Shown piece by piece: positions 15,658 through 18,414 of a stretch of 18,414 nucleotides of DNA. Numbering within the stretch: the stretch's first letter is position 1; each line of letters begins with the position of its first letter. Made by a program: the position numbers and the translations under genes. Below the pieces are notes generated by a model that ran no database searches, was not told the DNA's origin, and worked only from the letters and a program-made list of their open reading frames with translations. The stretch comes from Halalkalibacterium halodurans (GTDB lineage Bacteria > Bacillota > Bacilli > Bacillales > Bacillaceae_D): contig NZ_SNUY01000075.1 in the NCBI RefSeq assembly GCF_004376175.1, positions 1 to 18,414 of the forward strand, read 5' to 3'.

Positions 15658-16716
15658 CTATTGCAATCCCTCTTTTAATGCTTCAATGTTTCGTCTCATG
15701 AGGCTAAAGTAATCATCTCCGTTGTCCACATCTTCATCAACTAACGCTTCCAAGTTATGCAAGTATAGAACGTCTGCGTTCACTTCATTGCGGACTGTTT
15801 CTGCAACATTTGGCGTCATGTTTTGCTCGAAGAAAATATGATTAATTCCATTTTCTTCAGCTAATTCGATAATGTCTTGAAGCTGACGTTGGGATGGTTC
15901 GTTGGTTGGTGAAAGTCCAGCGATCCCAATTTGCTCAAGCCCATAACGCTCCTCCCAATATCCATATCCTGCATGGGAGACGATAAACGTGTTTAGACTA
16001 GCCTCTTCCATCATGCTCGTAAATTCTTGATCGATCGCTTCTAATTCAGCCTTTACTTCTTCAAAGTTTGCTTCAAATTGGTCGGCTGAATCGGGACGTA
16101 ATTCGACTAAGGCATCTTTAATATTTTCCGCTAACGTGATCGCAAGGACAGGATCTAGCCATACGTGCGGGTCCTCATCATGATGATGGTGATGATCATC
16201 TTCCTCGTGACCGTGCTCCTCATGGCTATGGTCGTGATCATCTTCCCCGTGACCGTGCTCCTCATGGCTATGGTCGTGATCATCTTCCCCGTGACCGTGC
16301 TCCTCATGGCTATGGTCATCTCCTGGTATTAACTCAATACCGTCTGAGGCTTTAACGATTAAAACATTTTCTCCATCCAACGCTTCAATCACTTTATCAG
16401 CAAAGCCTTCAAGCCCTGCACCATTGTAAATGAAAGCATCCCCTTCAGCCACTTCAATCATCGCGCGAGCCGTCGGTTCATACGTATGAGCATCTGCTCC
16501 AACAGGAACGAGGTTTGTTACTTCTACTTCCTCGCCTCCAATTTTCTTTGCAAAGTCTTCAAGTGGGAAAATCGTCGTATATAGCTGTAGTGGATCTACC
16601 GCTTGTTTTGTTTCTTCAGGTTCTACTGCTTCCTTTTCCTCTGCTGTTTCTTGTCCTCCGCAAGCTGTAAGAATCATAGGTACAGCTAGAAGAAGGCCCA
16701 ACCATTTCTTTTTCAT
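15658..16716 (-). CDS. znuA: Zinc ABC-transporter substrate-binding lipoprotein (ZnuA/AdcA, cluster-9 TroA-like) with a His/Asp/Glu-rich loop
   Basis: A 352-aa ORF with signal peptide and lipobox MKKKWLGLLLAVPMILTAC. Conserved metal-binding-protein blocks are present: GADAHTYEP, DPHVWLDP, HAGYGYW. The long HSHEEHGHGEDDHDH loop is typical of zinc-specific members. A Zur-box-like site lies upstream. Confidence 0.85.
   Translation of the reverse strand: MKKKWLGLLLAVPMILTACGGQETAEEKEAVEPEETKQAVDPLQLYTTIFPLEDFAKKIGGEEVEVTNLVPVGADAHTYEPTARAMIEVAEGDAFIYNGAGLEGFADKVIEALDGENVLIVKASDGIELIPGDDHSHEEHGHGEDDHDHSHEEHGHGEDDHDHSHEEHGHEEDDHHHHHDEDPHVWLDPVLAITLAENIKDALVELRPDSADQFEANFEEVKAELEAIDQEFTSMMEEASLNTFIVSHAGYGYWEERYGLEQIGIAGLSPTNEPSQRQLQDIIELAEENGINHIFFEQNMTPNVAETVRNEVNADVLYLHNLEALVDEDVDNGDDYFSLMRRNIEALKEGLQ
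16207..16317 (-). repeat. 42-bp in-frame tandem repeat, 2.6 exact copies, encoding the His-rich loop
   Basis: GTGACCGTGCTCCTCATGGCTATGGTCGTGATCATCTTCCCC occurs at 16207-16248 and identically at 16249-16290. A 27-nt partial third copy lies at 16291-16317 and a degenerate partial copy at 16191-16206. Each unit encodes GEDDHDHSHEEHGH. Confidence 0.95.
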
Positions 16717-16758
16717 CGCTCTCCCCTTCCGTAACCGTTCCGATTTATCACACGTTGA

Positions 16759-16787
16759 ATTATATCGGAATAGTTACGATTTGTAAA
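16759..16787 (-). promoter_or_regulatory. Near-consensus SigA promoter of the zinc-binding lipoprotein gene with an embedded Zur box
   Basis: Minus strand: TTTACA (16782-16787), 17-nt spacer, TATAAT (16759-16764). The segment 16762-16782 reads ATATCGGAATAGTTACGATTT on the plus strand. That matches 18 of 21 positions of the Bacillus Zur box as recalled (AAATCGTAATNATTACGATTT). Confidence 0.6.
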
Positions 16788-16944
16788 CAAGTTTGAACGA
16801 ATTTCTTTCTAGCAACGAGCCAATAACAAGCTACAAAAGTCATAGACGAGACTTCTGACCTCCAAAATGAATCTGATTCCAAGCCTCCCGCCAAGTCTTA
16901 CTAGCGGAGGCGATCGTTTCTCTTATATGAACTTTTTTAAAAAA

Positions 16945-16977
16945 GGAAAAAAGAAGACCTACTTGTTGGCCTTCTTT
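16945..16977 (-). terminator. Rho-independent terminator of the E2 (bkdB-like) gene
   Basis: Minus strand: AAGAAGGCC-aacaagta-GGTCTTCTT, 9 bp with one G-U pair, followed by TTTTT. It starts 8 nt after the stop codon at 16985-16987. Confidence 0.7.
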
Positions 16978-16984
16978 TCATTCC

Positions 16985-18265
16985 TTAATAGATAGACGTA
17001 TTTTCAATGGTCATGTTTTCTAAAATGTTTTTAACCTTTGCTAGGAAGCGCCCGCATATAAGCCCATCTAGTACGCGATGGTCAAGTGAGAGGCAGAGAT
17101 TGACCATGCTGCGAATCGCGATCATGTCCCCTGCTTCTGATTCAATGACAACTGGTCGTTTCACAATCGACTCTACCGATAAAATCGCAGCTTGCGGATG
17201 GTTTATGATTGGAGTGGAAAGGACAGATCCGAAAGAGCCTGTATTGTTAACCGTAAAGGTGCCGCCCTGCATATCACTACTTGTCACTTTTCCTGTACGA
17301 ACTTTATGTGCGAGTTCATTCACTTCCCGAGCAAGGCCTTTGATTGTTTTCTCATCGGCATGCTTGATCACCGGCACGAATAACGCATCATCTGTGGCAA
17401 CAGCCAGGGATATGTTTATGTCTTTCTTTTGTATGATTTTATCCCCTGCCCACATGGAATTTAGCTGAGGGTACGCCTTCAATGCTTCAACGACGGCTTT
17501 GATAAAGAATGGTAAAAAGGTTAAATTGAAGCCTTCTTTTTTCTTAAAGCCTTCCTTCAATTGATTCCGCAGTTGGACGAGGTTCGTTACATCCACTTCC
17601 ACCATCGTCCATGCATGAGGGGCTTCGTGCTTACTTTTCACCATGTTTTGCGCTATTGCTTTTCGTACACCGGAAACAGGGATTTCAACATCCCCTGACA
17701 CAGTTGGCACTTGGACAGGTTCCTGTACCTTTTCTGTCAATGGCATAGTCTCCTGTACAAGAGCTGTTTTCTGTTCCGTCATCGACGCCGCTTTTGGTAT
17801 GTCGCCACCCTCGATAATCGCTTGTAGATCTTTCCGTGTAATCCGTCCGCCTTTCCCTGATCCAGTCACATGGGTCAGATCAATATCATGCTCTTCTGCC
17901 AAACGGAGAACAGCTGGCGAGTAGCGCTTTTTAGCTGAAGTCGATTGTTCCTGAGTCTCGGTTGGGCTCTCAGTGGTTTCGGCAGAAGACACGCTGGTAT
18001 CATTCGTTTCAGCCTCAACCGCCTCCCCTTCCACATTCATCGTACAAATCACGTGACCGACCGCTACCGTTTCATCCTCTTCTACGAGTAGTTCCTGAAT
18101 GGTACCTGAAAAGGAGGAAGGAATTTCAGCATTTACTTTATCTGTTAACACTTCAGCTAACGGATCGTATTTATTGACTTTATCTCCAGGTTTGACGAGC
18201 CAACGGCTAATCGTCCCTTCAGTTACACTTTCACCTAGTTGGGGCATCGTAATTTCAGTCGCCAT
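16985..18265 (-). CDS. bkdB: Dihydrolipoamide acyltransferase (E2) of the branched-chain 2-oxoacid dehydrogenase type
   Basis: A 426-aa ORF. The lipoyl domain MPQLGESVTEGTISRWLVKPGDKVNKYDPLAEVLTDKVNAEIPSSFSGTI is nearly identical in pattern to B. subtilis BkdB as recalled. A Ser/Thr/Glu-rich linker follows, then the E3/E1-binding domain (SPAVLRLAEEHDIDLTHVTGSGKGGRITRKD). The catalytic domain carries the DHRVLDG active-site motif. GGGGAGG SD upstream of the ATG at 18263-18265. Confidence 0.85.
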   Translation of the reverse strand: MATEITMPQLGESVTEGTISRWLVKPGDKVNKYDPLAEVLTDKVNAEIPSSFSGTIQELLVEEDETVAVGHVICTMNVEGEAVEAETNDTSVSSAETTESPTETQEQSTSAKKRYSPAVLRLAEEHDIDLTHVTGSGKGGRITRKDLQAIIEGGDIPKAASMTEQKTALVQETMPLTEKVQEPVQVPTVSGDVEIPVSGVRKAIAQNMVKSKHEAPHAWTMVEVDVTNLVQLRNQLKEGFKKKEGFNLTFLPFFIKAVVEALKAYPQLNSMWAGDKIIQKKDINISLAVATDDALFVPVIKHADEKTIKGLAREVNELAHKVRTGKVTSSDMQGGTFTVNNTGSFGSVLSTPIINHPQAAILSVESIVKRPVVIESEAGDMIAIRSMVNLCLSLDHRVLDGLICGRFLAKVKNILENMTIENTSIY

Positions 18266-18414
18266 ATTTTAACCTCCCCTTCTACTAACGTATTGTCAAA
18301 ACTTTATATAAAATAGGCTATTAAATCCTATGTTAGAGGGCTTTATAAGCAAAAAAATTGCCACTCCCTGATTTCTGTAGATAATTGAGGTTACCAAACA
18401 CCCAATTCCAGAAA

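Noticed and set aside
16191-16317. Regularly spaced direct repeats as a possible CRISPR array
   Set aside because: The repeats are contiguous with no spacers, in frame, and lie inside a well-supported CDS where they encode a His-rich loop.
16867-16995. 42-codon plus-strand ORF (MNLIPSLPPSLTSGGDRFSYMNFFKKGKKK...) in the bkdB-znuA intergenic region
   Set aside because: It has no SD, runs through the bkdB terminator and into the bkdB stop region, and is low-complexity.
18266-18414. Possible 3' end of an upstream minus-strand gene at the right edge
   Set aside because: All three frames are open for only 7-38 codons from the edge and none resembles a recognisable protein, so no CDS can be supported from this little sequence.

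Overview
This looks like an ordinary chromosomal segment from a low-GC Gram-positive bacterium. The Bacillaceae assignment rests on GGAGG-type ribosome-binding sites, lipobox lipoproteins, bacilliredoxin, a BkdB-type E2 and a xylR/xylAB layout. I can support 15 apparently intact CDSs: a YnfA-family membrane protein, a lipoprotein, a LOG/YvdD-family protein, an EamA transporter, an NQO-type NAD(P)H oxidoreductase, an MFS transporter, a small acidic hypothetical protein, an orphan family-5 ABC binding lipoprotein, aldose 1-epimerase, xylulokinase, xylose isomerase, XylR, a bacilliredoxin, a ZnuA/AdcA-type zinc-binding lipoprotein and a BkdB-type E2 acyltransferase. There is also one lone tRNA-Arg(CCG), the 5' end of an ISLre2-family transposase cut by the left edge, and three gene remnants. 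Regulatory sites readable by eye include a xyl operator, cre candidates, a Zur box inside a near-consensus promoter, and several rho-independent terminators. I did not find a convincing novel multi-gene system such as a defence island, CRISPR array or toxin-antitoxin pair. The most interesting signals are gene decay and rearrangement. A DctS-type sensor kinase carries an in-frame TAG and is fused by deletion to the middle of a DctB/DctP-type binding protein. A HIT gene is truncated next to the IS edge. Several components are orphaned: two binding lipoproteins have no adjacent permease or ATPase genes, and the E2 has no adjacent E1 genes. All family assignments come from reading the translations and recalling family signatures, because no searches could be run.
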